From Octopus vulgaris (Eukaryota), in contig OX597822.1 in the NCBI GenBank assembly GCA_951406725.2, forward strand, positions 46,810,001-46,874,000: 64,000 bases of DNA, in the 5' to 3' direction. This document shows positions 1 through 12,800 of this stretch, in pieces (the stretch's first letter is position 1; every line of letters starts with the position of its first letter). Under the pieces are notes generated by a model. That model saw nothing but the letters and a program-made list of their open reading frames with translations. It was not told where the DNA came from and searched no databases. The position numbers were made by a program, and so were the translations under genes.

Positions 1-196
1 AGACGTCACTGGTGCCAAGCTGCATTGGCCTTTGCCTTTCCCTTGGATGACATCGGTGGTGTGGAGAGGGGAGGCTGGTATGCATGGGCAACTGCTGGCC
101 TTCCACAAACAACCTTGCCCGGACTTGTGCCTTGGAAGGTAACTTTCTAGGTGCAATCCCATGGTCATTCATGACCGAAGGGGGTCTCTGTCCCAC

Positions 197-244
<48 letters not shown>

Positions 245-558
245 GGCATGTAAAACGCACCATTTGAGCGTCGTCATTGCCAGTGCTGCCTGACTGGCTC
301 CTGTGCTGGTGGCACGTAAAATGTACCATTCAGCCGTGGTCAATGCCAGTATCGCCTGACTGGCCCTCATGCCGGTAGCACATAAAAAGCACTCACTACA
401 CTCTCAGAGTGGTTGGTGTTAGGAAGGGCATCCAGCTGTAGAAACTTTGCCAAATCAGATTGGAGCCTGGTGCAGCCTTCTGGCTCGCCAGCCCTCAGTC
501 AAACCATCCAACCCATGCCAGCATGGAAAGCAGATGTTAAATGACGACAATGATGATG

Positions 559-591
<33 letters not shown>

Positions 592-903
592 ATGTCAAGA
601 ATTTTTGTATAAAGTTTCAAGAAATGCCAGCTCGCCATCTTAAACCTATAAATAATAGCATGTAAATATTGGTTGGAAAAACCCTTTTGGAAAGAAAATG
701 TTGAAGGCTGCTCACACACAGACGGCAATTTTAATTTAGTGCTGTTTCTATTGCATATACTGAGTTTTATATAGATGTACTTGCATAGCAAGTGACCTGA
801 TCTGAGATCGTGTGCTGGAACAAAAGCAATTGCAGTGTGGAAGGTGTTTATAAGCCATTTAAAACACAAAAACTGTTAGATTCACTTCAACATTTAAATT
901 TTA

Positions 904-954
904 TTTGCCAAAACATTTTCGCTGCTTTGAGACCGTGACCTGTTCACTGACAAA
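904..954 (-). ncRNA. Degenerate type I hammerhead-like motif with a G3-C8 core, in a Penelope-like repeat (about 590-968)
   Basis: tttgtca-GTGAACA-g-gtcac..gcagc-GAAA-atgttt-tggcaaa; stem I pairs and AATAAA follows immediately. Confidence 0.45.
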
Positions 955-983
955 ATTCCGTGCTGCATATATATATTTATATA

Positions 984-1336
984 TATACAAATTTTATAAT
1001 TATAAGCATAATTATAATTAGGGTTCAGCAAAATTGCTTCACCACATACCGTAATTTAGAAATAGCAGTTAAATACTATTCTATTACCATAAGATATCTC
1101 CCAGACAGCAATACTCCCAACTCACGCAGGTAAAAAGAAAAAATAATGAATCCACCCGGCTTCATTATTCATTATATTTCTCTTTACCTGCGTGAGTTAA
1201 GAGTATTGCTGTCTGGGAGATATCTTATGGTAGTAGAATAGTATTTAACTGCTATTTCTAAATTACGGTATGTGGTGAAGCAATTTTGCTGAACCCTAAT
1301 TATAATTATGCTTATAATTGTAATAATTTTTGTATA
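984..1336. repeat. Long near-perfect inverted repeat (foldback), arms about 168 bp, 15-nt loop
   Basis: 984-1151 is the reverse complement of 1167-1336 with few mismatches. Confidence 0.92.
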
Positions 1337-3962
1337 AGTTTACCGATAATGGTTCTTTTAACATACCGAACTACTTGGTAAAAAAAAAAAAATATTAATT
1401 ATAAATTGAAGTGTGTGTGCACACAAATAAAGAAGCTTTATCCATGCATGTGGTGTTGAGCACTCATTCTCATTGTTTGATATTTGTGTGTGTGCACATA
1501 TATAAAGGTGCAAGTGTAGCTGTGTGATAAGAAGCTTGCTTCCTAACCACATGGTTCCAGGTTCAGTCCCACTGCATGGCATGTGTTTTCTATTATAGCC
1601 TTGCACAAGCTACAACCTGGTCGTTGACTAGATTACACAATATCTGTGCTATGTACATACATACACACGGGGACACACACACAGAGATTTTGTTTATGAA
1701 TGCATGAAGAGATTTAAAACTAATCTTGGTTGTGAATCATATGTTTAATCAATGTAAATGTTAGCAGATAGGGAGTGTTTGTGTCAAATTTTCCAGAATG
1801 TTCCTCACAAAATTTGACACTAAGCTTTCACCATCTCTTATCTTCCATCTTCAGGTACATCTATAAGAACGTCAAGATGGAATCACAAAAGCCCAGTGGG
1901 TGACTGTGCTGTTGTGAACTTCAGCAAGACCTTCCATTTTCATCATTACAGTTCACCCAATCTCAGAGACTCATATGATAAAATTGTGTTGTGGATTCTC
2001 ATCTCATGCAGGAGCAGATGAAGGTCATTCAGTCACTGCAAAGAGGTAAGTTGATGTTTCACCACAGATCAACACTAATCCTACTAAAGGCGTTCCAAAA
2101 GATGACCATCCCATCTTTTTAGGTCTTCTGTCATTATTTGAGGTGCAATTCCAGGAGCTCACTGCTATATCTGTCTCCTCTTTGACACACAATATAGCAG
2201 ATGATATGAGATGTATTTTACTTCTAGAAAATATAATATATTATATATATATGTGTATATATATATCATCATCGTCATTTAATGTCCATTAGGTTGGACA
2301 GTTTGACCAGAGCTGAGGGGCTGCACCAGATTCTGGTTTAATTTGGCATGGTTTCTACAGCTGGATGTCCTTCCTAATGACAACCGCTTCAAGAGTGTAG
2401 TGAGTGCCTTTAATGTGTCACGCCATGGAAATAGGTAAGAGGTTCATGTTTATAATATTCTCAGTGAATATTGTCATATACCTCTGCTGTAGAGGAATAA
2501 AAACAAAATCTCTTGTAAAACATAAGAGTTGGTGACAGGAAGAGCATCCAGCGATGAAACACTGCCTTGTTTGTTATTTCACATCTTTCAAAGCATGGGC
2601 TGAACAAATACTTTTGGGGTATTATTTTAATGACCTGATGCCTTTCCCATCACCAACCCTTACTTGTTTTTCAGTAAAGATTTCTTTATTCCACTCATAT
2701 TCAAAATGAAATGTCAACATTAGATCGCTGTTTTGTTCAAATAGTTTCATTTTGCAAAAATTTTAATTCACACACAACAAGCTTCCATACAGTTTCCATC
2801 TACCAATTCCAGTTGGCCTGAAAGCTACAGTAGAAGACACTTTACCAAGGTGTTACACAATGAGATAGATATAGTTATTAGTCATATAACCAACTGTACA
2901 CTTGCTACTTTCCAGAGATATCTCCTCTGGGAGCTGCTTATCTCCCCTAGATATTAACATTTGAAACCAGTAGCATACAACTGAGAAATTAGCATATTAT
3001 TGAATGTAGGAATAATACATTGGCTACGGTGCCTGTAGAACACATTGAATGAGCACAATAAATATAACTATATATATAATTAATGAATGACAAGGAAACA
3101 GAAATCACGTAATCAACTTACCAAATGCTTTATCCTAAAGTATATTTGCATTCAGCTCTAACAACTGGTTATTAGTATTACTATGCCTATGTGAAATATA
3201 AATACACACACATATACATACATATGCATTTTGAAAAAACTTAGTCATTGATGCTGATGACATTTCATTAGTGGTGTCATTTAAACTGATGAAAAATGCT
3301 TTTATCTTCCTTGCTAAGAACAAAGTCCATATGACCTGACAGTCTCACATCAACAAAGAACTGGGTATGTTAAATGTCACTTAGATCAGGCCTAAAGACA
3401 AATCAGTGAAGGATAATGTGATCTTTGTCCAAAATACCCTAAACTGGACTAATAGGGATACGGGCTGGAGGTTAGATAAGATTAATTAATAGAGTTGAAT
3501 GTTTAGGGAGAAAATTTCACAGGTCAGTTGATTGGCCGTGCAACATGCATTATCTTGTAGCTTCAAGATTTCAGTGATATGATTGTTTTTTTTTTTTAGA
3601 ATGACATTGTAAGGTAGGTGTGAGAGGCTAGATCTGGTCAGCATGACCATAAGACAGAATATTTCAGCTTGATGTGGCTGGTTTAAATGGTCATTTGGTT
3701 ATTAAGAGTCAGGAGTAGCAGTAGTAAATGGAGGAGAATCGAGTGAAACAAAAGGTTTAGGTGGGAGTGCAGGTCTTATACAATCAGATGGTTGGCTAGC
3801 GCAACGTCCTTTGTAATAGCAGCTGTTGAAAGGACAAAGAAAAGGCAGTTCAACAGAGAGCAAGTGGATTGATTTCTTTGTTGAAAGGGACAAGCTAACA
3901 GATGCATTTAGATTAAATATTCCACTTCACATACAAAGAGGGGTTGTGAACAAGTTCATTAA

Positions 3963-4183
3963 CCCTTTCGTTACCAACCCGACTGAAACCGGCTCTGGCT
4001 CTTTAGTACAAATGTGTGGTTTTCAAAAGTTCTGAATTAAAACCTTCCACCAAACCTTAGTCACAATTTATGTCCCTAATTCTAGCTTAATGATAACGAT
4101 GTTATTTTACTTAATTCTTTGTTATATTTAACATAATTGGAAGAAACACTGAGCATCTCAAAATAAATTCAGTAACGAAAGGG
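3963..4183. mobile_element. piggyBac-type MITE
   Basis: TTAA on both sides, TIR CCCTTTCGTTAC...GTAACGAAAGGG. Related copies or fragments at about 8885-8965, 11072-11415, 16813-17354 and 58290-58512. Confidence 0.85.
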
Positions 4184-4608
4184 TTAAGACAATTTATATT
4201 CTGGTGACCAATATCCTTTAAATATATTGTGCAGCATCTCTGGTGAAACAGTTGATGATTCAGCTGTTGGTGGTTCAATTCCACCTGGTGCTATTTTTGT
4301 TTTTTTAAATAAAGGGCATTGCTGTTATCCAGAATATCTAGACTGTTTATATCAATGTAATAGGGTCCCGAGTTCAATCATACTGCATGACATGTTGGTA
4401 TTTACTATGGCCTGGGCTGATTAAAGTCATATAGGTGAAATTGGGGAAGAATGGAAACAATGTGTAAGACTGTTGGTTGGGTTGTAGCTGTAATTCTAAA
4501 GCATGTCCTGTGACTCAAGTATTTAGAACAAACTGAAATACAACATTGAGAATACTTTTAAAATTAAAATAGAACATGAAACACTGATTTAAAACCTTAA
4601 AAAGAATA

Positions 4609-4614
4609 TTTATT
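4609..4614 (-). terminator. Candidate CLP1 polyadenylation signal AATAAA
   Basis: AATAAA on the minus strand about 117 nt past the stop codon, followed by U/GU-rich sequence. Confidence 0.55.
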
Positions 4615-4730
4615 GCTGGAATTAAAAATAAATATGTATAGCAATATATACATGAATGAGGGAGGGTGGGGGGCATAAAAAAATAATTGTCTTTCATTTT
4701 CAAAAAATAAATAAAAGATGTCTGTTCTGG

Positions 4731-4842
4731 TTATTTTATATCAAGGAATTGTATGTCCATCTGTAGTAAGTAAGTTTTGGGCAGTGGTCGAGGAGCTGGC
4801 GCCAGCACTGTAAATACTTGACGGTCAGCATCAACATTGGTT
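4731..4842 (-). CDS. CLP1: CLP1 terminal exon 13 ([37 protein letters not shown])
   Basis: Matches the human C-terminus [29 protein letters not shown]; tatttcag acceptor, TAA stop. Confidence 0.97.
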
Positions 4843-6764
4843 CTGAAATATAAAAAACAATAATAAAAATTTCAGTTTCGAGCCCTTTTTATGGTTCAGC
4901 TATTAAATAGATACAAGTTAGATTTTAATACCACACAGACAGACGCAGGAGTGGCTGTGTGGTAAGTAGCTTGTTTACCAACCACATGGTTCCGGGTTCA
5001 GTCCCACTGCGTGGCACCTTGGGCAAATGTCTTCTACTATAGCCTCGGGCCGACCAAAGCCTTGTGAGTGGATTTGGTAGACGGAAACTGAAAGAAGCCC
5101 GTCGTATAAATGTATATATGCATGTGTGTGTTTGTGTGTCTGTGTTTGTCCCCCTAGCATTGCTTGACAACCGATGCTGGTGTGTTTATGTCCCCATTAC
5201 TTAGCAGTTTGGCAAAAAGAGACCGATAGAATAAGTACTGGGCTTACAAAAGAATAAGTCCCGGGGTCGAGTTGCTCGATTAAAGGCGGTGCTCCAGCAT
5301 GGCCACAGTCAAATGACTGAAACGAGTAAAAGAGACACTCCTGTGTCTGCACAGCCTCTTAAATGAAAAATATTATTGACAGTAACATTGAAGTTTTGAC
5401 CAGTTAAGAAGCCATTGTCAGACTGCCAGTTAAAGTGTTCAAAGCCACTGTTAGTAATATTCTTGTTTAAGAATAATAAGCCTGTACTCTACAAAAGCAT
5501 AGTATAACCCATCAGATTAATGTAAAATTGTTTTCATTATAACTGAACATAAAAAACAAACATTCACACACACACACTCAGAGCTGTTGTAATTAGATGT
5601 ACTTACACAACTACAAATCCCAGCACATTCACTTCGACTAGTTTTTCTAAACTTGTGGCTGCACTCATACTTAACACATGATGCATTAAGTTCACACCTG
5701 AAAAGAGATTCATTGAATAAATACATAATACATAAATAAACAAGAGCACTCAAAGAGCGCAAACATCTGCCAATGCAACATCAACATCCTCTCAACGGTT
5801 AACTGGAGATAATATTCAAAATGAGAATATCTGAAATAAAATCCTTCAATAAATATCATGAGATCTTTTGATTTTCTCTTCTCTTAAATTCCGTTCTTCC
5901 TTTAGTAATCAATCCTGTTGTTTTAGATCGATGTATAGAATTATGTATATATGTAAGTATACTGTAAAGTATTAAAATGTATGTATAATCTCCTAATATA
6001 ATAATGAGCAGTGTCTTTTTATATATTTGTGAGTATAAATTATATATATATATATATAACATAGAGCCAGAGTGAGAGGTAAAGGCAGAAGAGATAAATG
6101 GCAAAGAGAGCGTTGTATGAATGAGAAAGGAAGGGATGACAGATGAGTAATGAAGGAAGGAGTGAAAAAGCCAATAAACAGCATTTGAAGCCTGAGTATA
6201 TATGTGTATGTATGTGTGTGTACAAGAGAATTATGTGAAGAAAATATGGAAAATAATCCAAAACCCTTGTCCAGTACCAGATCAATCCCAAAATCTAATC
6301 AGTTTGTGTCAGTCACGAGGCCAAATTATCCCTGAAAGTTTCATCCAAATATATCCAGTGGTTCTTGAGATATCTTGTCCACAGACAAACAAACACGACT
6401 GGAAACACTACCTCCGCCTGGTTTTCAAATTTTGACACAAGGCCAGCAATTTTAGGAAGAAGTGGATAGTCAGTACCATCAACCCCAATACTTGACTGGT
6501 ATTTTATTTTATTGATCCCAGAGAGATATTCTCTTACTCTGTTTTTATATTCTTGTATTTGTTTGTCATTTTGATTGTGGCCATGCTGGAGCACCGCATT
6601 TAGTTGAACAAATCGACCCCGGGCTTATCCTTTGGAAGCCTAGTACTTATTCTAGCGGTGACTTTATTTTTTGCGGAACTAATTTACGGAGATGTAAACA
6701 CACCATCAGTTGTCAAGCGATGGTGGGGGACAAACATAGACACACAAACACACACATACATGTA

Positions 6765-6803
<39 letters not shown>

Positions 6804-9800
6804 CAGGCATTTTTCAGTTTCCATCTACCAAATCAACTCACTAGGCTTTGGTCAGTCTGAGGCTCCAGTAAAAGACACTTGCCCGGAACCATGTGGTTGG
6901 TAAGCAAGCTTCTTACCACACAGCCACTCCTGCACCAAAGGCAAGGTCGACATTGGCAGAATTTGAACTCACAACATAAAGGGTCTAAAGGAACAGAAAT
7001 ACTGGCAAGCATTTTGTCCAGCTTTTTACTTTTAAATAATGGTTGCTGATTCAGACACAGAGCCTGTAGTTTTTAGGAGAGGAGATGCTACTACCACCTG
7101 ATTGGCACGTAAAAACACCATTCAAGCGTAGTCAATGTCAGTGCCTCCTGACTGGTCCCGTGCCGGTGGCATGTAAAAGGACCATTCGAACATGGTCAAT
7201 GCCATTGCCTCCTGACCTGTCCCGTGCCGGTGGCATGTATAAAGCACCATTCAAGCATGGTGATTGCCAGTGCCGCCTGACTGGCTCCCGTGCCAGTGGC
7301 ACATAAAAAGCACCCACTACACTCTTGGAGTGGTTGGCGTTAAGAAGGGCATCCAGCAGTAGAAACCTTGCCAGATCAGATTGGAGCCTGGTGCAGCCTC
7401 CTGGCTTGCCAGTCTTCAGTCAAACTGTCAAACCCATGCCAGCATGGGAAACGGACGTTAATCAATGATGATGATGATGAGACAAGTGTCACCACTGACC
7501 CCTGTACTTGACTGGTATTTTATTTTATCGACCCCAGAAAGATGAATGGCAAAGTTGAATGTAAACAGTTGGAAGAGAGATCTTCACATGTCTTTTCTAA
7601 CTTTTATGTTCTGAGTTCAGTTGCTGCTAGGGTAAGCTTTGTCTTTCATTCCTCTGGAGGTCAAAATAAAGAACCAGGCAAGTGTTGGGATTGATGTAAT
7701 TGACTAATCTCTCTCTCCCCATAAAACTGCTGACCTTCCAGAGAATGTGGGAAAACATCTGATTTCAATAACACAGGAGAGAGAGAGAGAGATGGGGGGG
7801 GGGAGAAAGAGATAGTGACAGAAAGGCAGAGAGAGAGAAAGGAGAAAGAGAGAGGGGATAGATAAAAAGAGAGAAAAAGAGAGAGGTGGAGACAGAGTGA
7901 GTGAGACAGAAAGGCAGAGAAAGAGAAAGAATGAGAAATTACCTGGTTGAACGGGAACAAGTTTTGTCTTACTGTCTTGTGATTTCATTCCCAATGGTAA
8001 ACAAGAATCAGGTAAATGTGGGCCTAAAAGACAGAGGGAAAGAGATAATAATTGTCTTATGCAAAACTATACAGGGTTGTCAAATCAATAAGTTACTATT
8101 TTAACAAATTGCTTCAAATTATCGAGTATTTAGCTCCTAGGTCAGCAGTACACTGCTGAGTTTGTTTTATCTAATTGGAATGGCTTTTCATATCTGTGTC
8201 CTTATAAGACAATATAAGGACACAGATATTGTGTCTTATAGCCAGCTGGAAACAATGTTTCTCGGGGTTAAACATCAGAAGCAGTTGTCCCTTCCAGGAC
8301 AGCCACATTATGTTGGCAAATAGCCTTTACTTTAAAGAACTGTTACTGAATATCTCTTTCTGAGAGATTTAGAAATAATAATGTTTCTCTTTTATTAGAT
8401 CAGTGACTATGTGTCACTTTGAAAAATATATATTTTCGAACAGTGAATTCGGCAACGCCACCTAGCCAAGCAGCTATTCTGTATTGATAAAGAGCAATTA
8501 CCCTGAAACCAGTCCATAGATGTTGTTTTGGACTGGAGTGGGGTGGGGTGCTGGGCTCCCTGTTTGAAAATATGACACAGATATTGTGCTATATAGCCAG
8601 CTGGAAACAATGTTTCCTGGGGCAAAACAATAGTAGCGGTTGTCCCTTCCAGGACAGTCACATTATGTTGGCAAATTGTCTTTAGCATAAGACATTTGTA
8701 CAGAAATAATAAAATATACCAAACCACATCATCGTTGTTTGGCCCCAATCATAGAGAAGTACCCCTGTAGGTTCATATCAAACCATATTGCTAAGAGTAT
8801 GGAAAATTGGACCCCAAACTTATCTCATGGCAACAGCAGTTATTTCTAATTTATTTTTAACTATATGGTCAGCAGAATCATTGAACCCTTTTGTGAGCAT
8901 ATTATTTAATGAAACACACCGACTATTTGAGGTTTGAAAATAACTAAGAATTTGAAGGGGTTTACTAAAATAACTTTTTCATTTTTAGGCTTACAACATA
9001 CACTGAAATAAGAATTAAAAAAAAGGGATGATACATTGTATACTGCAGTAGTACTCCTACTCCAAGTCTTGATAAAAAATAGGATGGATCATGACACCTC
9101 TGACTATAGGTGTGCATGATCAAGGTAGACCTGGGGTTAAACAACAACTGCTAAAGCTGAGCTGATTAACTGACAATCTTTTACTTGTTTTAATCATGCT
9201 GGGGCAACCACCTTTAGTCAAACGAATCAATACCAATGCTTATTTTTTTGAAAGCCAGGTACTTATTCTATCAGTGCCTTTTGGCAAACCACTAGGTTAC
9301 AGGGACATAAACACACCAATGCTGGTTGTCAAACGGAGGTGGGAAACAAACAGACACACACATACAAATGGTCTTCTTTCAGTTTCCATCTACTAAATCC
9401 ATTCGCAAGGATTTGGTCAGCCTGAGGCTGTAGTAGAAGACACTTGCCCAAGGTGTCATGAGTGGGACTGAACTTGAAATCATGTGGTTCGGAAGGCAAC
9501 CTTTTATCATACAGCCACACCTACGACAAAGAGAAAAAGTAAAAGAATACTCACCCCCTATTTTGTAAATTTTGACATCAGTGAACTTCACTTCAAACGA
9601 ATGAGGAAAGTATGTGTTTCTGATTCCATAGAAATATTCCCTGATTTTGCTGTCTCGGCTTTCTGTTCTGCTGTGGGCGTTTCTCTCAACAACCTAATAA
9701 CAACAAAATATTAACACACACATTATATATATATTCTTTAATTTGTTTCAGTCATTTAACTGCGGCCACACTGTAGCACCGCCTTTTAGGTTATGTTCAT

Positions 9801-12800
9801 TTCTAATTTATTGACTTAATAATTTATCTTTTATCTTTTACTTGTTTCAATCAATGGACTGTGGCCATGCTGGGGCACCACCTTGAAGGCAGTCTTAGTT
9901 GAACAAATTGACCCCAGAACTTATTCTATCAATACCCTTTTATTGAACTGCTATGTTACAGAGATGTAAACAATCCAATGGTAGTTGTCAAGCAGTGGAA
10001 GGAGGACAAATGCAAAGACATAAACACACACATACACAGCAAGCTTTCATAATTTTCATCATGTGACATCTAGACAAGAGTACACACACATGCACAATGG
10101 GCTTCTTTCAGTTTCTGTTTACAAAATTCACCCACATGATTTAGGTCAGCGCAGGGCTATTGTAGAAGACCCTTGCCCAAGGTGCTGTGCAGTGGGACTG
10201 AACCCAAGATCATATAGTTCTGAAGCAAGCTTCTTTACACAGCCGTGTCTGTGTGTGTATAAAACAGCTAATAGTTTGAGGGGTGGGTAGAATGTGAGAA
10301 AAAGGTCTCGATTCCTTACCCCTCCAGATTTTGGCAGCAGGATAACTTTCACGAAGTCTGGCATATCTCGCACCAATTCATTGTACAATCTCTCTTGGTC
10401 TAACACTGCTATGATGTCCACTGCAAATAGATAACAAAAACGGTATGATGTGTGAGTGACCACAACAATGTTCTTACGAAATAATTGATAAGAAAGCCTT
10501 TCGAGTGTTGGGCCTCACAGAGGCAAATTGGCTGAGTTCCTTTCGAGCATTGGGCCTCATGGAGGCAAAGTGGCTGAGTTCCTTTCGAGCGTTGGGTCTC
10601 ACAGAGGCAAAGTGACTGAGTTCCTTTCGAGCATTGGGCCTCACAGAGACAATGACTGAGACCTTTGGCATTTTGTCAGGCTTGAGAAGACCCATTAAAC
10701 CAAGCAAATTCAGTCATGGCAGATACCAGTGTCATGCAAATAGGCACCTGTGCCAGTGGTACATAAACGCACCCTGATGTCACACAAATAGGAGCCATGC
10801 CGATGGCATGTAAAAGCACCCATTACACTCTCGGAGTGGTTGGCATTAGGAAGGGCATCCAGATGTAGAAAGCATGCCAAATCTGACTGGAGCCTGGTGC
10901 AGCCATCCAGCATGCCAACCCATTCAAACTGCCCAACTCATGCCAGCATGGACAACAAACGTTAAATGATGATGATGAATTACCATATTAAAAGACCTAA
11001 AAGATGCAAAGGCATATTAGATGAACCACAACTGCAGAGGTGCAGATTCACGAAAACATTTTTTAGTGCAATTAACCCTTTAGCTTTTAACCTTTTTATC
11101 ACTGTATTTATTTTGAGATGCTCTGTGTTTCTTTCAAAGAATTTAGTAAAATAACTTAGTTATCATTAAGCTAGTGTTAGGAACATAAATTATGACTAAG
11201 GTTAAACCTGCCACATCCAGCCAAAGTATTCCACCCATTGCATGTTCAAACTGAACAAAAAAAAGCCTTTCACACCTATCCTACAATGTCATTCTAAAAC
11301 TAAACCAGTAAATCACTGAAATGTCAAAGCTACGAGACAATGCATGATTAATTCCAAAACAATGTGAATAAATAAGTGCTACACTTGACAGAATGATCTG
11401 AATGCTAAAGGGTTCCATGTAATATAAGCCCAACTTTGCATATAGGACCCAGGATGATTTTTCTGAGAAAAGCTTTCGAAAAAAAAGTGCAACAATGCTG
11501 AAGTATGACCACAGCTACTACAATGGATTGAGCTAAAAATCATTAAATTTAACACTATAAAGTCTCTTGATGGTTTTCTAATTATTGTACTGATGTAGCC
11601 AGCTTAGAAAAGAATAAATTATTTCATTTATTTACCATGAGAGTGAAAGTGGACATTATGAGGACAAATGAGAAAATTGTGATGGAGTCATATTGCAAAG
11701 ATTATGAATTATGGAAGAATATATAAAACAGTTTTGGAAAACAAGAGTATACGAACAGGAATGAAATGAAAGAGTATATGAGCAGGGATGAAAGAGTATG
11801 TGAACAGGGATGAAATGAAAGAGTATATGAGCAGGGATGAAAGAGTATATGAACAGGAATGAAATGATAGAGTATATGAGCAGGAATGAAATGAAAAGGG
11901 AGAATCAACTAAAGCTAATAAAGGTAACTTTACAGATTCAGGATTATTCTTTCATGGACAAGCACTTTCCTCTGGCTGACAGGTACATGCTGATAGTAGG
12001 CTCATTCATCCCGGTAACCAGTCTCACCAGCCTTTTAGCAAAATCAATAGAAGGCAGCACTTCCTTTCCACCTTCACTTTACTCTCCAAGTTAAACTTTT
12101 TCAAGCTGATAGCAGCATGGTCGACAAAGAAAGCGCTTGCCTTTAGTTTTTCCAACTTTCACCAAGCACCATACAATCTATTGCCATTAGCAATCAGATG
12201 GAGAAAGATCACCAGGTCCTCTCAGCCATAAACAGAAGAAAAAAAAGTAAAGAAAGAACATTACTCAAAATGGGCAGCCATGTCCATCCTACATGCAACT
12301 GGAATCTGTCCATAATCCCTAGGCTGAATACTCCAGAGCAAGTTATTCAGTTGTGTATTGGCTATGCCCAGAGTTTCCCAAGAAACCACAATCCTTCAAT
12401 TGAGGGCAAAGGTTGATGCACTATTGGTGCTAGACTAGTAGAGAACTGATAAAATTGCAGCTGTCAGGAACCTAATGTTGGTCTCTTTTTCAGATCACAT
12501 TCGTGGCACTCTGTCAGCTACAACGACAAGGATTCCAGTTGATCCAATCGACAGAACAGCCTGCTCGTGAAATTAATGTGCAAGTGGCTGAGCACTCCAC
12601 AGACACGAGTACCCTTAACATAGTTCTCGGGGAGATTCAGCATGACACAGAGTGTGACAAGGCTGGCCCTTTGAAATACAGGTAAACAGAAACAGGAAGA
12701 AAGAGTGAGAGAAAGTTGTGGTGAAAGAGTACAGCAGGGTTCGCCACTACTCCTTGCCAGAGCCTCACGGAGCTTTAGGTGTTTTCACTCAATAAACACT

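Noticed and set aside
1855-2052. Possible plus-strand exon ending at GAG|GTAAGT (2045/2046)
   Set aside because: All three frames from the 1855 acceptor contain stops, the 34-nt version (EQMKVIQSLQR) is unrecognisable, and there are no partner exons.
4942-5015. tRNA-like heads at many positions
   Set aside because: They continue into SINE bodies and do not form full cloverleaves; not tRNA genes.
7095-7320. Repeat-spacer pattern resembling a CRISPR array
   Set aside because: The spacers are homologous to each other, the array sits inside a dispersed eukaryotic SINE, and there are no cas genes.
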